Part shown: positions 34,976 through 45,318 of the stretch, one piece after another | How the letters are laid out: each line of letters starts with the position of its first letter | Numbering within the stretch: the stretch's first letter is position 1 | NCBI GenBank assembly: GCA_964532205.1 | Contig: CAZHGQ010000005.1 | Coordinates: 1,520 to 65,519 of the forward strand | DNA: 64,000 nt | Origin: an uncultured Candidatus Saccharibacteria bacterium | GTDB taxonomy: Bacteria > Patescibacteriota > Minisyncoccia > Phycocordibacterales > JAKAEA01 | Direction of reading: 5' to 3' | The notes under the pieces: generated by a model | What the model saw: only the letters and a program-made list of their open reading frames with translations | Databases searched by the model: none | Told to the model about the DNA's origin: nothing | Program-made: the position numbers and the translations under genes

Positions 34976-35707
34976 ATGAATCTAACATCAGACACAAAAT
35001 CATCGCTCGGTTTTATTATTAGTATCGGCCTCGTCATCAGCGCCATTATTTTTGGCAGCTTCTATTATCTTGCTCAAACCTCAACATCAAACAACTCTTT
35101 GTCAGTCACTGGCTCAGCAAAAGTTCACGTCACATCAGATCAGGCTAAATTGGTAGTTGGCATTGTGCACACAGTTCCCGTCAGTGGTTTGTCTGGTGGA
35201 TATGCTTCTGTGGCAAAAGATTTGGCAGCAACAAAAGCTCTGTTAACTCAGCAGGGTATTGAGACAAAAGATATTGTGGAAAGTCCGGTCTTAATGAATC
35301 AGGTGTATGATTCAAATAGTTCGGCTGAGACACGCTATGATTTGCGCCAGACTGTGACACTGCAATCAAATGATGTGCAAAAGTTAACAAACATTTCAAA
35401 GAAAATTCCTAGTTTGGCTTCTCAGGGTGCAATTGTTTCAATTCAGTCTTTAGAGTATTACTATTCTAAACTGCCTGATTTGCGAGTTTCATTATTGGGT
35501 GAAGCGATCAAGGATGCTAAGGCTCGAGCCGAAGAAATTGCTAAGGGTACAGGTCGTCATGTGGGCACTGTTCGATCGGCTTCGACTGGTGTAGTGCAGG
35601 TTCTACCATTAAATTCTGTTGATATTTCTGATTATGGTACATACGATACCTCAAGCATTGAAAAAGAGATTATGGTTACGACCAAAGCGACATTCGGACT
35701 AAAATAA
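34976..35707 (+). CDS. SIMPL/DUF541-like secreted protein (tentative)
   Basis: N-terminal TM; VTGSAKVHVTSDQAKLVVGI...YSKLPDLRVSLLGEAIKDAKARAEEIAK resembles BP26/SIMPL organisation. Confidence 0.5.
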   Translation: MNLTSDTKSSLGFIISIGLVISAIIFGSFYYLAQTSTSNNSLSVTGSAKVHVTSDQAKLVVGIVHTVPVSGLSGGYASVAKDLAATKALLTQQGIETKDIVESPVLMNQVYDSNSSAETRYDLRQTVTLQSNDVQKLTNISKKIPSLASQGAIVSIQSLEYYYSKLPDLRVSLLGEAIKDAKARAEEIAKGTGRHVGTVRSASTGVVQVLPLNSVDISDYGTYDTSSIEKEIMVTTKATFGLK

Positions 35708-35719
35708 AAAGATAAAAAA

Positions 35720-35750
35720 GGCCCCCGAGCGCGTAGCGCTCGGGGGTTTT
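35720..35750. terminator. bidirectional rho-independent terminator
   Basis: GCCCCCGAGCGC GTA GCGCTCGGGGG followed by TTTT, with an A-run upstream. Confidence 0.85.
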
Positions 35751-35780
35751 ATCTGCCATGTACCGACCGGACACGACAGA

Positions 35781-36023
35781 CTAGCGGGGTAGTTCGTCAA
35801 TAACAACGTCTGATAGGGCCATGCCGCGCTCAGCGAAGTAATGTTCGTAGGACTTTTGGTCGGAAAAGATCTTGGTAGTAACACTACTACCGCTCATGAA
35901 GCCGGCGATGATCTGGGCTTCCGGGTGGGCTTGGCGTTGAGTCTGAATTTCTGTCTCAATGCATTTAAGCAGTGGGGCAGGAATTTCTTTGGTATAACCC
36001 GGAATCAATTGCATGATAGGCAT
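35781..36023 (-). CDS. hypothetical protein (80 aa)
   Basis: ORF only. Confidence 0.3.
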   Translation of the reverse strand: MPIMQLIPGYTKEIPAPLLKCIETEIQTQRQAHPEAQIIAGFMSGSSVTTKIFSDQKSYEHYFAERGMALSDVVIDELPR

Positions 36024-36069
36024 CGTTCCTCCATGTTAAACAACTGATCATTAGCTTAACACTATTTTA

Positions 36070-36717
36070 TTAATGAGCAAGGGTGAAGGCTAAGATTGCC
36101 TTGGCTCCAACTTGTTGTAAGGTGTGCCTGGCTTCGTTGATAGTGCTGCCGGTGGTGGTCACATCATCAAGTAAGATTATATTTTTATATTTTAATTTTT
36201 CTGGGTTACTTATCTCAAAACAATTTTTAAGATTAATCAGGCGTTCGGCCCGATTGAGTGTAGTTTGTGGTACGGTGTGTCTGGTTTTGAGTAAACAGTC
36301 TGTACAGACAGTCAGATGATTGTCGAGTTTAGCAATTTCTGTTGCTAAGATTTCTGACTGATTCCAACCGCGTTCTTTGAAACGTTCTTTGGAAATGGGT
36401 AAGGGGATGATTAGAAAATCATGAAGTAGGAGATTGTGACTAATAAGATGTTCAGTAATTGTGTCGTAGAGGGCATGGGCCAGCAGGCGGCCGATCGTGG
36501 TGTCACCGTGATATTTAAGTTGCCACACGGCCGCCTGCACCAGTTCATCTTTATAAGCAAATCGGCTGATGATACCGGGAATTTGTTCCTTGGCCGGCTG
36601 GGCTAGATGCAGAAATTCGGCCAGACTCATATCGGCCAGCCGACCCACTGTCTCATCGGGCGGAAATAGCCAATCCAACCAACTGTGGAGCGCTTTGTTT
36701 ACAACATTCATGCCCAA
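36070..36717 (-). CDS. comFC: ComF family phosphoribosyltransferase-domain protein
   Basis: The C-terminal PRTase motif IILLDDVTTTGSTINEARHTLQQVGA, on a ~215-aa protein, is typical of ComFC. It lies divergent from pilM. Confidence 0.75.
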   Translation of the reverse strand: MGMNVVNKALHSWLDWLFPPDETVGRLADMSLAEFLHLAQPAKEQIPGIISRFAYKDELVQAAVWQLKYHGDTTIGRLLAHALYDTITEHLISHNLLLHDFLIIPLPISKERFKERGWNQSEILATEIAKLDNHLTVCTDCLLKTRHTVPQTTLNRAERLINLKNCFEISNPEKLKYKNIILLDDVTTTGSTINEARHTLQQVGAKAILAFTLAH

Positions 36718-36800
36718 GTTTAGATCGCTGTGTATGAATTCCTGATCAAAACCGTTTAAATAGATTGTCGTTTAGGTAATATGATATAATAACCAACAAT

Positions 36801-37910
36801 ATGGGCATTCTTAGCAATCTTTTTACCAAGAAATCTGGCAGCGTCGTTGGCGTTGATATCGGCTCATCATCTATTAAAGTTGTGCAGCTCGCTCGCCTAG
36901 GTGGTAAAGCTGTCCTTGAAACATACGGCGAGCTCGCCTTAGGTACATACGGCGGCGTTGAAATTGGCCGCTCAACAAATTTAACTCCTGAAAAAATTGC
37001 TGAGGCACTTAAAGATGTCATGCGTGAATCAAAAATCACGACAACAAACGCTGGTTTCGCTATTCCATTCGGCGCCAGTTTGATCACGGCTATGGATATG
37101 CCAGCTGTTTCAGACAAGCAACTCGAACAGATGATTCCAATCGAAGCCCGCAAATATATTCCGGTACCGATTACCGAAGTCACTCTAGACTGGTCTGTGG
37201 TGCCCAAGACTGCTTCAAAACCGATTGATTTTTCAAGCGATGAAAAACAAACCGATCAGGGCGACAAGGTTGAAGTCATGATGGTGGCCATTCATAATGA
37301 TGTGCTCAATAAATTTCAGACCATTGTTCAACAAAGTGGTGTCAACGCTTCATTTTTTGAAATCGAAATCTTTAGCACGATTCGATCTGTGCTCGATCCT
37401 GAACTTGAAACTCAGATGATTGTTGATCTCGGAGCAGCAACAACCAAGCTGTATATTGTTGAGCAGGGAATTATCCGCACCTCACACATTGTAAATCGTG
37501 GCTCACAGGACATTACCTTAGCTCTTTCTAAGGCTCTAAACATTACCGTGGAAACCGCTGAGGCTTATAAGCGCGATCTGACTCAAGTGCCTGACGATCA
37601 GAAAGAAAACTTTGCTCAAATCGCTAACATTAGCCTCGATTTTATCTTTTCCGAGGTTAAACGTATCCTGCAGAACTATCAGAAGAAATATAATAAGGAT
37701 ATTCCAAAAGTTATCATGGTGGGTGGTGGTGCCCGACTCAACGGCGTGCTAAAAATCGCCGAAAATCATCTTGAAACACAAATTGTACTCGGTGATCCAT
37801 TCGAAAAGACTGAAGCCCCAGCTTTTTTGGAAGAAGTTCTTAAAAATACCGGCCCAGAATTCACGGTAGCCATGGGTACAGCCCTGCGAAAACTTCAAGA
37901 AATGAATTAA
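36801..37910 (+). CDS. pilM: type IV pilus assembly protein PilM (actin-like ATPase fold)
   Basis: SVVGVDIGSSSIKVVQLAR...; 369 aa; first gene of the pilus locus. Confidence 0.85.
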   Translation: MGILSNLFTKKSGSVVGVDIGSSSIKVVQLARLGGKAVLETYGELALGTYGGVEIGRSTNLTPEKIAEALKDVMRESKITTTNAGFAIPFGASLITAMDMPAVSDKQLEQMIPIEARKYIPVPITEVTLDWSVVPKTASKPIDFSSDEKQTDQGDKVEVMMVAIHNDVLNKFQTIVQQSGVNASFFEIEIFSTIRSVLDPELETQMIVDLGAATTKLYIVEQGIIRTSHIVNRGSQDITLALSKALNITVETAEAYKRDLTQVPDDQKENFAQIANISLDFIFSEVKRILQNYQKKYNKDIPKVIMVGGGARLNGVLKIAENHLETQIVLGDPFEKTEAPAFLEEVLKNTGPEFTVAMGTALRKLQEMN

Positions 37911-37960
37911 GTGGAAAACTTATTGCGCGCTTTACAAAATGATGTGCTAAAATAAGGGGA

Positions 37961-38653
37961 ATGGAGAATAAGTTTCAAACGTCGTTCATTCCACAAAAGC
38001 CGCTCACTCAGACTTTCAGTCAACCGCCTCGTACCACCAACTTCTTTACGCTGGTTTCTACCATCATATTTATCACTATTTTAGCCTTATGTGGCGGTGT
38101 TTTCGGTTATCAGAAATATTTGCAAAATCAAAATGCTAATTTTGCTGAGCAGCTGCGCAAAATTACGGCCGAATTCCAACCTAGTTTCTTGTCAGAAATG
38201 ACGCGTTTAGATAATCGTTTGGTCTCAACCAAAACCTTACTCGCTAATCACTTGGCAGTTTCCAAATTCTTTGATTTCTTGAGCAAAAATACCTTGAAAA
38301 ATGTCCGTTTCTCAAGTTTTTCATATGTCTCTGACGGTACAAAGATTACAGTTTCAATGAAGGGGCAGGCTAATGGTTTTGCGGCGGTGGCTTTGCAATC
38401 TATGGCCTTCGGTACGGCCGATAATCTCAAGGTGTTACGTAACCCAACCATTGGTGATCTCAATCTCGATGCTTCAGGCAATGTTTCATTCGGTTTTGCT
38501 ACGTATATTCAGCCAAACTCAATGTTGTATCGCAGTGCGTTAGTCCCTGCACCTGTTGTTCCAGCTGCGACAATTGCTCCTGGTACAACAACAGCTTCAA
38601 CTACACCGTCACAAACAGCAAGTACAACATCGACAACAACCAAAAAACGCTAA
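37961..38653 (+). CDS. pilN: PilN-like bitopic pilus assembly protein
   Basis: A single TM after ~30 aa, a coiled/periplasmic domain, and a Thr/Ser-rich tail; position after pilM. Confidence 0.55.
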   Translation: MENKFQTSFIPQKPLTQTFSQPPRTTNFFTLVSTIIFITILALCGGVFGYQKYLQNQNANFAEQLRKITAEFQPSFLSEMTRLDNRLVSTKTLLANHLAVSKFFDFLSKNTLKNVRFSSFSYVSDGTKITVSMKGQANGFAAVALQSMAFGTADNLKVLRNPTIGDLNLDASGNVSFGFATYIQPNSMLYRSALVPAPVVPAATIAPGTTTASTTPSQTASTTSTTTKKR

Positions 38654-38654
38654 T

Positions 38655-39194
38655 ATGAAATTTCTAACCCCACTCATTCTCATAGGTCTTTCTGTCGCAG
38701 CGTTTTTCTTCTATATTAATCCGACCTACACCAATATTGGCGCCCTGCGAAAAGATAATGCTCAATATAAAGAGGCTTTGGCCAATGCTCAAGTTGCTCA
38801 GGAACACTGGAATCAATTGCGTTCACGATATGATAGTTTGACCGGTGATCAGTTGATTCGTTTGAAGAAGTTTATGCCGGATAAAGTTGATACGATTAAA
38901 TTAGCAGTAGATTTGAATGCTGTTGCTGAAAAATATGGTAAGGGTGTACGCAACATTAAATTTGCTGATGCACTTGAGCCAGCTGGTGATGTCGGATCAG
39001 GCGGTAAGCCATATGGTACAACAGCCGTTAGTTACGATGTGACCATGACGTATGACAATTTCCTTCGATATTTAAAAGATTTGGAACAGAGTTTGCAATT
39101 TATTGATATTACAAACATTGGTTTCCAGCCGGCGTCGACAGCTGATGCGACATACAACTTTACTCTGACCCTTAAGACCTATTGGTTAAAATAA
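38655..39194 (+). CDS. pilO: PilO-like pilus assembly protein
   Basis: An ATG at 38655 follows the pilN stop. It gives MKFLTPLILIGLSVAAFFFY (TM) and then a coiled-coil. The track ORF is extended 5'. Confidence 0.55.
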   Translation: MKFLTPLILIGLSVAAFFFYINPTYTNIGALRKDNAQYKEALANAQVAQEHWNQLRSRYDSLTGDQLIRLKKFMPDKVDTIKLAVDLNAVAEKYGKGVRNIKFADALEPAGDVGSGGKPYGTTAVSYDVTMTYDNFLRYLKDLEQSLQFIDITNIGFQPASTADATYNFTLTLKTYWLK

Positions 39195-39195
39195 T

Positions 39196-39546
39196 ATGCC
39201 ACGTAAATCATACAAAGGAACAGTTTTCACTATCGTTGCTTTACTTATTGCTGCGGCTATTGGTTATGACACCGTAGTTGGTCCACCTGCATCAGCTCAA
39301 AACTTAGAGACGACAGATGTTAATGCGGCTGAAACTGGTGTGGTCAGTCAGCAATTCACCGATTTACTCAATCGGATTCAAGCGCTCAATCTCGATACAA
39401 GTATCCTTAATGATCCAGCTTTTGCCAGCTTGACTGATTATTCAGTTACGTTGGTACCGGTTGAGTCAGGTCGTCCTAATCCTTTCGCGCCACTTAGTTC
39501 TGCTGCACAATCTACCCAAACTACAAACACACCTAAGGGGCGATAA
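39196..39546 (+). CDS. small bitopic pilus-locus protein (PilP-position), unknown
   Basis: TM FTIVALLIAAAIGY followed by a Thr/Ser-rich tail. Confidence 0.4.
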   Translation: MPRKSYKGTVFTIVALLIAAAIGYDTVVGPPASAQNLETTDVNAAETGVVSQQFTDLLNRIQALNLDTSILNDPAFASLTDYSVTLVPVESGRPNPFAPLSSAAQSTQTTNTPKGR

Positions 39547-39552
39547 TTTTTC

Positions 39553-41292
39553 ATGACATTACTTGAGGCCCTGGTACAACAAAATATTTTGACTGCCAAA
39601 GAGGCAGCCAATGTTCAGAAGGAAATGAACGATACCGGCCAAACGGTTGAGACTATTTTGGCTGCCAAGGGTATTGATGCACAGGATGTGCTCAAAGTTA
39701 AAGGCTCATTGTTTGAAGTGCCAACAAAACATGTAGCAGCAGATGATGTGCCGTATAGTGTTTTGGAATATATTCCCGAAGAATCTGCTAAACATTATCG
39801 TTTTGTACCGCTCGGTGTTAAAGATGGTGTGCTCGAGGTTGGTGTGGTTGATCCTGACAGTATTGAAGCCCGCGATGCACTCAACTTTATCTCTTCGAAA
39901 ATTGGTTTACCATACAAAATTTTCTTAATCTCTGAAGCTGATTTTGAAAAAATTCTCGGCGTTTATCAAGGTCTGTCTGGTGAAGTGACCAAGGCGCTCG
40001 ATGAATTGGAAACAGAATTGAAACCCGATGCGATTTTAGCGCAAGACGAAGAGAAGGAGGAGCGGGAGGGGAATGATGTTACTGATAAAATCAAAACGGA
40101 AGCTAAAATTGTTGAGGATGCACCAGTTACAAAAATTGTGGCCACTGTTTTGCGATACGCTGCTGAAGGTAATGCCTCCGACATTCACATTGAACATATG
40201 CGTGACAATGTGCGCGTGCGTTTCCGCGTTGACGGTGTTTTGAATACAAGCTTGGTTTTACCGATTAAAGTTCATTCGGCTTTGACTGCCCGTATTAAAA
40301 TTTTGTCGAATATGCGTCTCGACGAAAAACGTAAGCCACAAGACGGTCGTTTTTCGGCAAAAATTGATGGTCGTAAAATCGACTTCCGTGTCTCAACATT
40401 CCCAACGTATTATGGCGAAAAAATCGTTATGCGTATTCTCGATCAGGAAAAGGGTGTAAAGGAATTGACGGAGATGGGTCTGACGGCTGAGGGGGTAGAG
40501 CGCATTAAAAAGGCCATCACTAAGCCATATGGCATGATTTTGATTTCTGGTCCAACTGGTTCCGGTAAAACGACCACATTGTATTCTATGCTTAACTTGG
40601 TTGACCGAGAAAAGAAGAACGTGCTTTCACTTGAAGATCCTATTGAATACAACATTGATGGTGTGAGTCAGTCACAAGTGCGTCCGGAAATTGGTTATAC
40701 CTTTGCCACGGGTTTGCGTACGACCTTGCGTCAAGACCCGAACGTTATCATGGTCGGCGAGATCCGAGATAAAGAAACAGCGCAGCTTGCTGTGCAAGCT
40801 GCGCTGACTGGTCACTTGGTGCTCTCCACTATCCACACCAACAACGCTGTAGGTGTCATTCCACGTCTAATTGATATGGGTATCGATCCGTACCTGATTG
40901 CACCCACACTTGTTTTGGCCATGGCTCAGCGTCTTTCTGCGACACTGTGTCCTGATGGTGGTAAAGATGTGCCGGTAGAAGGCAGTCTCGAGCTCATTAT
41001 TGAAAAACAATTCGCTGATTTACCTGAAGAATTTCGTAAGAATATTAAAATTCCAAAAACCGTTAAGGAAATTGCACCAACACCTGATTGTCCAACAGGC
41101 ACCCGTGGTCGTATTGCTGTCTTCGAAATGTTTGAAATTGATAAGGAAGTTGAGCATGCAATTTTAACCAATCCAACTGAGTTGGAAATTAACAAGATTT
41201 TGCGCAAAAAAGGTATGTTGACTATGCGTGAAGATGCCATGCTTAAGGCTTTCAAAGGCCAGATTCCATTCGAAGAGGTTAACAAATTATAG
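39553..41292 (+). CDS. pilB: type IV pilus assembly ATPase PilB (GspE family)
   Basis: Walker A ISGPTGSGKTTTLYSML, Asp/His boxes and a tetracysteine-like CPDGG...CPTGTRGR. Confidence 0.9.
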   Translation: MTLLEALVQQNILTAKEAANVQKEMNDTGQTVETILAAKGIDAQDVLKVKGSLFEVPTKHVAADDVPYSVLEYIPEESAKHYRFVPLGVKDGVLEVGVVDPDSIEARDALNFISSKIGLPYKIFLISEADFEKILGVYQGLSGEVTKALDELETELKPDAILAQDEEKEEREGNDVTDKIKTEAKIVEDAPVTKIVATVLRYAAEGNASDIHIEHMRDNVRVRFRVDGVLNTSLVLPIKVHSALTARIKILSNMRLDEKRKPQDGRFSAKIDGRKIDFRVSTFPTYYGEKIVMRILDQEKGVKELTEMGLTAEGVERIKKAITKPYGMILISGPTGSGKTTTLYSMLNLVDREKKNVLSLEDPIEYNIDGVSQSQVRPEIGYTFATGLRTTLRQDPNVIMVGEIRDKETAQLAVQAALTGHLVLSTIHTNNAVGVIPRLIDMGIDPYLIAPTLVLAMAQRLSATLCPDGGKDVPVEGSLELIIEKQFADLPEEFRKNIKIPKTVKEIAPTPDCPTGTRGRIAVFEMFEIDKEVEHAILTNPTELEINKILRKKGMLTMREDAMLKAFKGQIPFEEVNKL

Positions 41293-41310
41293 TGTGATAT
41301 ACTAAACCAT

Positions 41311-41709
41311 ATGGAACAAAAACCGTTATACAAAGTAATGTTGGTTGATGACGACTCGTTTCTCTTGAATATGTATTCGCTTAAGTTTACTAAAGCGAAT
41401 TGTGAGGTTAATGCCTGCCAAACTTCGGCTGATGCCCTAAAAAAGCTCAAGGAAGGCTACCAACCTGACATTATTATTTTGGATATCATCATGCCAGGTA
41501 TGGATGGTTTACAGTTGTTGGAAGAAATTCGTAAAGAAAAATTGGCGCCAGGTGCGACAGTGGTCATGCTAACAAATCAGAGTGACACGAATGATATCGA
41601 AAAGGCCAAGAAACTTAATATTAACGGTTACATAGTCAAAGCTACGACAATTCCGTCAGAAGTTATTGATGATGTGACAAAGATTCATAAACAAGCAAAA
41701 GGGTCATGA
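41311..41709 (+). CDS. CheY-like response regulator receiver domain (stand-alone)
   Basis: KVMLVDDDSF...DIIILDIIMPGMDGLQLL...VVMLTNQ...KATT has the receiver-domain D/D/T/K pattern. Confidence 0.8.
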   Translation: MEQKPLYKVMLVDDDSFLLNMYSLKFTKANCEVNACQTSADALKKLKEGYQPDIIILDIIMPGMDGLQLLEEIRKEKLAPGATVVMLTNQSDTNDIEKAKKLNINGYIVKATTIPSEVIDDVTKIHKQAKGS

Positions 41710-42773
41710 GTACAGACTACAAAAAGTTACTTGATGAGTTAGTGGAGATCATAGTTAAAGAAGGTGGTTCAGATTTACACCTCGGTCAAGGCCGTACACC
41801 GTATATTCGCGTGGCCGGTTTTTTGATTCCTTTGGTAAAAATGTCCGTATTGTCCTCAAATGATATGTACGGTTTGATTGACCATTTGATGACGCCGGAA
41901 AATAAGCAGATTTTTATTACTCAAAAAGAAATCGATTTTTCATTTGGTCATGCGAGCGGCGCACGTTTCCGTGGTAATGGTTATTTCCGACAGGGTATGC
42001 CCTCGATCGCTTTACGTCTTGTGCCAAAACACATTAAGACACTCGAAGAATTAAATTTGCCGACAATTTTGGAAAGTTTTACCCGCAAGAATCAAGGTTT
42101 CTTCTTGGTGGTCGGCCCAGTGGGTCATGGCAAATCAACAACATTGGCTTCGATGATTGACCTTATCAACTCTGATCGTCTCGAACACATCATCACTATT
42201 GAAGATCCGGTTGAGTATATTTACGAACCGAAGAAATCAATTATCGATCAGCGTGAAGTGCGCATGGATACCAAAGATTTCCATACCGGTCTTACAGAAA
42301 TGTTGCGTCAGGACATCAATGTGGCGTTGATTGGTGAAATGCGTGATTTGGAAACAATTTCAACTGCTGTAACTGCTGCGGAAACTGGCCACTTGGTCTT
42401 TTCAACGCTCCATACCAACAATGCTGCTCAGACCATTGAACGTGTCATTGACTCATTCCCAGCGGATCAGCAAGGTCAAATTCGTATGCAATTGGCGGGT
42501 AGCCTGACCGGCATTTTCTCACAGCGTCTTATCCCACGAGTTTCAGGCGGTCTAGTGCCAGCGTATGAATTGTTGATCAATAACAGTGCTGTTTCAAACT
42601 TGATTCGTGAACGCCGCACACACGAAATTCAGACGGTGATCGAAACAAGTTCTCAGCAGGGTATGATCGATATGAACCGATCTTTGGCCGAGCTTGTACG
42701 TTCAGGTGAAATTACTATTGAGAATGCTTATCGCTTCTCATTAAATCCAAAGATTTTGGAAAAACTGATTTAG
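41706..42773 (+). CDS. pilT: twitching-motility / pilus retraction ATPase PilT
   Basis: VVGPVGHGKSTTLASMI Walker A; 355 aa; GspE-family core without the N1 domain. Confidence 0.9.
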   Translation: MSTDYKKLLDELVEIIVKEGGSDLHLGQGRTPYIRVAGFLIPLVKMSVLSSNDMYGLIDHLMTPENKQIFITQKEIDFSFGHASGARFRGNGYFRQGMPSIALRLVPKHIKTLEELNLPTILESFTRKNQGFFLVVGPVGHGKSTTLASMIDLINSDRLEHIITIEDPVEYIYEPKKSIIDQREVRMDTKDFHTGLTEMLRQDINVALIGEMRDLETISTAVTAAETGHLVFSTLHTNNAAQTIERVIDSFPADQQGQIRMQLAGSLTGIFSQRLIPRVSGGLVPAYELLINNSAVSNLIRERRTHEIQTVIETSSQQGMIDMNRSLAELVRSGEITIENAYRFSLNPKILEKLI

Positions 42774-42774
42774 T

Positions 42775-43983
42775 ATGCTTTTTAATTACAAAGCCATTGA
42801 TAATACCGGGGTTGAACGAGAAGGTAGTATCGAAGCCCTCAACGTTGATATTGCTATTAATTCGTTGCAACGCCGTGGCCTGATTATTTCAACCATTAAA
42901 TCACCGGACGAACAGTCATCTGTTTTCAAGAAAAATATTTCTTTCCTCAGTCGCGTTTCAAATAAAGATGTTGTCATCTTGTCCCGTCAGATGGCGATTT
43001 TGTTCGAAGCTCAAGTTTCAGCATTACGTATTTTCCGCTTACTCGGCTCGGAAACAGAAAATCCAGAATTGCGAAAGAGTTTGTTGCAGGTTTCAGATGA
43101 TTTGCAGGGCGGTAGTTCAATTTCCAAAGCTTTGGAAAAACACCCAAAAATTTTCAGTTCGTTTTACGTCAACATGGTGAAATCCGGTGAAGAGTCGGGT
43201 AAACTTGATCAGATTTTCGCATACTTGGCTGACTATTTGGAACGCTCATATACTGTGACTACCAAAGCTCGCAATGCCTTGATCTACCCAGCCTTTGTCA
43301 TTGCCACATTCATTGGTGTGATGGTTTTGATGTTTACCATGGTTATTCCGAAAATCAGCGCAATTATCATCCAATCGGGCCAGGAAATGCCGATTTATAC
43401 CAAGATTGTGGTGGCGATTTCAGCTATTTTGGTTAATTACGGTCTCTATGTAATTATTGCGCTGGTTATTGGTAGTTTCTTTTTGATAAAATTCATTCGT
43501 ACACCCTCAGGTAAGCACTCATTTGATCAGTTTAAGATCGCTGTGCCGTATATCGGTAATTTGTACCGTAAACTCTACCTGTCACGTATTGCCGACAACA
43601 TGAACACTATGCTTATTTCCGGTATCCCAATGATTAAATCTTTGGAAATTACATCTTCAATTGTCGGTAACGATGTCTTTAAGGAAATTTTGGATCAAGC
43701 GCTTATCTCAGTGCGTGGCGGTAGCTCACTTTCAGATTCATTGCTCCAGCACCCAGAAATTCCGGGCATTATGATTCAAATGATGAAAGTCGGTGAGGAA
43801 ACAGGTGAACTTGGTAATATTTTGAAAACAATGTCGCGGTTCTATCAGGGTGAAGTGGTCAACGCTGTTGATACACTTGTCGGCCTCATCGAACCTATTA
43901 TGATCGTGGTACTTGGTGTCGGTGTTGGTATTCTCCTCGCTTCAGTGCTTGTACCTATCTACAATCTCGCAAGCTCATTCTAA
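42775..43983 (+). CDS. pilC: type IV pilus platform protein PilC (GspF family)
   Basis: 402 aa with three TMs and a duplicated GspF domain. Confidence 0.9.
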   Translation: MLFNYKAIDNTGVEREGSIEALNVDIAINSLQRRGLIISTIKSPDEQSSVFKKNISFLSRVSNKDVVILSRQMAILFEAQVSALRIFRLLGSETENPELRKSLLQVSDDLQGGSSISKALEKHPKIFSSFYVNMVKSGEESGKLDQIFAYLADYLERSYTVTTKARNALIYPAFVIATFIGVMVLMFTMVIPKISAIIIQSGQEMPIYTKIVVAISAILVNYGLYVIIALVIGSFFLIKFIRTPSGKHSFDQFKIAVPYIGNLYRKLYLSRIADNMNTMLISGIPMIKSLEITSSIVGNDVFKEILDQALISVRGGSSLSDSLLQHPEIPGIMIQMMKVGEETGELGNILKTMSRFYQGEVVNAVDTLVGLIEPIMIVVLGVGVGILLASVLVPIYNLASSF

Positions 43984-44129
43984 GGCCTTATTTAGGCACT
44001 TATCCACAACGTAAATATTGCGGAGTGCTTAAGTGGTATATAATTAAGCATATCGATTTAAAGCGGCCCGTCTCGCTCGAGAGATCAGGGACGAGTCGAT
44101 TAAATAAGTTAATTATTAATAGTAAAAAA

Positions 44130-44603
44130 ATGCGTAATACAAAACGAGGTTTCACACTCATCGAATTGTTGGTTGTGATTGCCATCATCGGTATCTTGTC
44201 AGCTATCGTCCTTGCATCTTTGAACACCGCCCGCTCAAAAGCAGGTGATGCTCGAGTTCAGGGTCAGCTTTCAAATATGCGATCAGCCGCAGAAGTTTAC
44301 TACGCAAGTAGTACTTCATACGGTACATTCGCTTCAGCAGCTTGTCCTACAACAGGTGGTGCAGCAAATGGCAGCAACATTTTCGTTGATACAACTTCAG
44401 GCGGTTATGGTATCGTAAGTACTTTGACAGCCGCTGGCGCAACAGTAACAAACTGTTATGCTAACGGTGCAAGTGGTTGGGCAGCTGCAGCCAGCCTGCC
44501 TTCAACATCAGGCGTGTACTGGTGTGTTGACTCAACAGGTAAGTCAGCAAAGGTAACCGGCACACTTACAGCAACAACTCTTACATCATCTCTCTGTCCG
44601 TAA
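44130..44603 (+). CDS. pilA: type IV major pilin (PilA-like)
   Basis: MRNTKRGFTLIELLVVIAIIGILSAIVLASL is a class-III signal with G/FTLIE; the C-terminal Cys pair forms the D-region; a terminator follows. Confidence 0.8.
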   Translation: MRNTKRGFTLIELLVVIAIIGILSAIVLASLNTARSKAGDARVQGQLSNMRSAAEVYYASSTSYGTFASAACPTTGGAANGSNIFVDTTSGGYGIVSTLTAAGATVTNCYANGASGWAAAASLPSTSGVYWCVDSTGKSAKVTGTLTATTLTSSLCP

Positions 44604-44623
44604 TCTGAGTGTTGTCTAAACAA

Positions 44624-44648
44624 AAAACCACCGCAAGGTGGTTTTTTG
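44624..44648 (+). terminator. rho-independent terminator after pilA
   Basis: CCACC GCAA GGTGG followed by T6. Confidence 0.8.
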
Positions 44649-44676
44649 TTACATGTATACATGATAGAATAAACCA

Positions 44677-45318
44677 ATGAAATCCTACAAAAAAGGCTTC
44701 ACGCTCATTGAACTATTAGTCGTAATTTTTATTATCGGTATTCTCTCCGCATTTATTATCATCAATGTTCAGGCTGCTCGCATGCGCAGCTTAGATCGTG
44801 CCGTTCAGTCAAACGTTGATTCAGTTCGAGCTCGAGCTGAAATTCTTTACGATAAAGACGGTGCAGACAACTATTCAGCTATATGTACAGATGATCAGAT
44901 CAAAAAAAGTTTGCAGCAAGCTCTCAATAGTGCCAAAAGTTCTGATGCGCCGAGTTCGCATTGTATAACAGGTACTGATAATTCTGGTGTGGCCTATTAC
45001 GTGGCTTGGGTGCCATTGGCGACGGCTGGTTTCTGGTGTGTTGATAATCGACGTACTTCAAGTGCCTATACTTCAACAACAGCTGTACCAACATCAGCTT
45101 CAACACAGTGCCCAACAACAGGTCAGACAACATTGGGTAATACTGGGGGTAGTAATGGTAACAATGGAAACACAGGTGGTCTTGGCGGTACGCGAGGTAA
45201 TTGGGATCAACAAATAGGTGATGAAAACATTCGTGAAATTGAGGAGGGTTCAATAAATGAAATTGAATTTCGAAATGTAGACTCCAATCTTCAGCAACAG
45301 GAATTTGAATCATTCTAA
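44677..45318 (+). CDS. type IV pilin-like protein with a Gly/Asn-rich C-terminal low-complexity tail
   Basis: MKSYKKGFTLIELLVVIFIIGILSAFII is a prepilin N-terminus. The tail reads GNTGGSNGNNGNTGGLGG. Confidence 0.7.
   Translation: MKSYKKGFTLIELLVVIFIIGILSAFIIINVQAARMRSLDRAVQSNVDSVRARAEILYDKDGADNYSAICTDDQIKKSLQQALNSAKSSDAPSSHCITGTDNSGVAYYVAWVPLATAGFWCVDNRRTSSAYTSTTAVPTSASTQCPTTGQTTLGNTGGSNGNNGNTGGLGGTRGNWDQQIGDENIREIEEGSINEIEFRNVDSNLQQQEFESF

Noticed and set aside
36746-37207. 153-aa minus-strand ORF overlapping the pilM start
   Set aside because: It is antisense to pilM and extends into the comFC-pilM divergent promoter; no homology features.
40926-41450. 174-aa minus-strand ORF inside pilB / the receiver gene
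   Set aside because: It is antisense to conserved ATPase motifs.
43984-44129. Possible sigma-54 promoter (GGCAC ... ) upstream of pilA
   Set aside because: The GGCAC element is not followed by a correctly spaced TTGC(A/T), so the -24/-12 consensus is not met.
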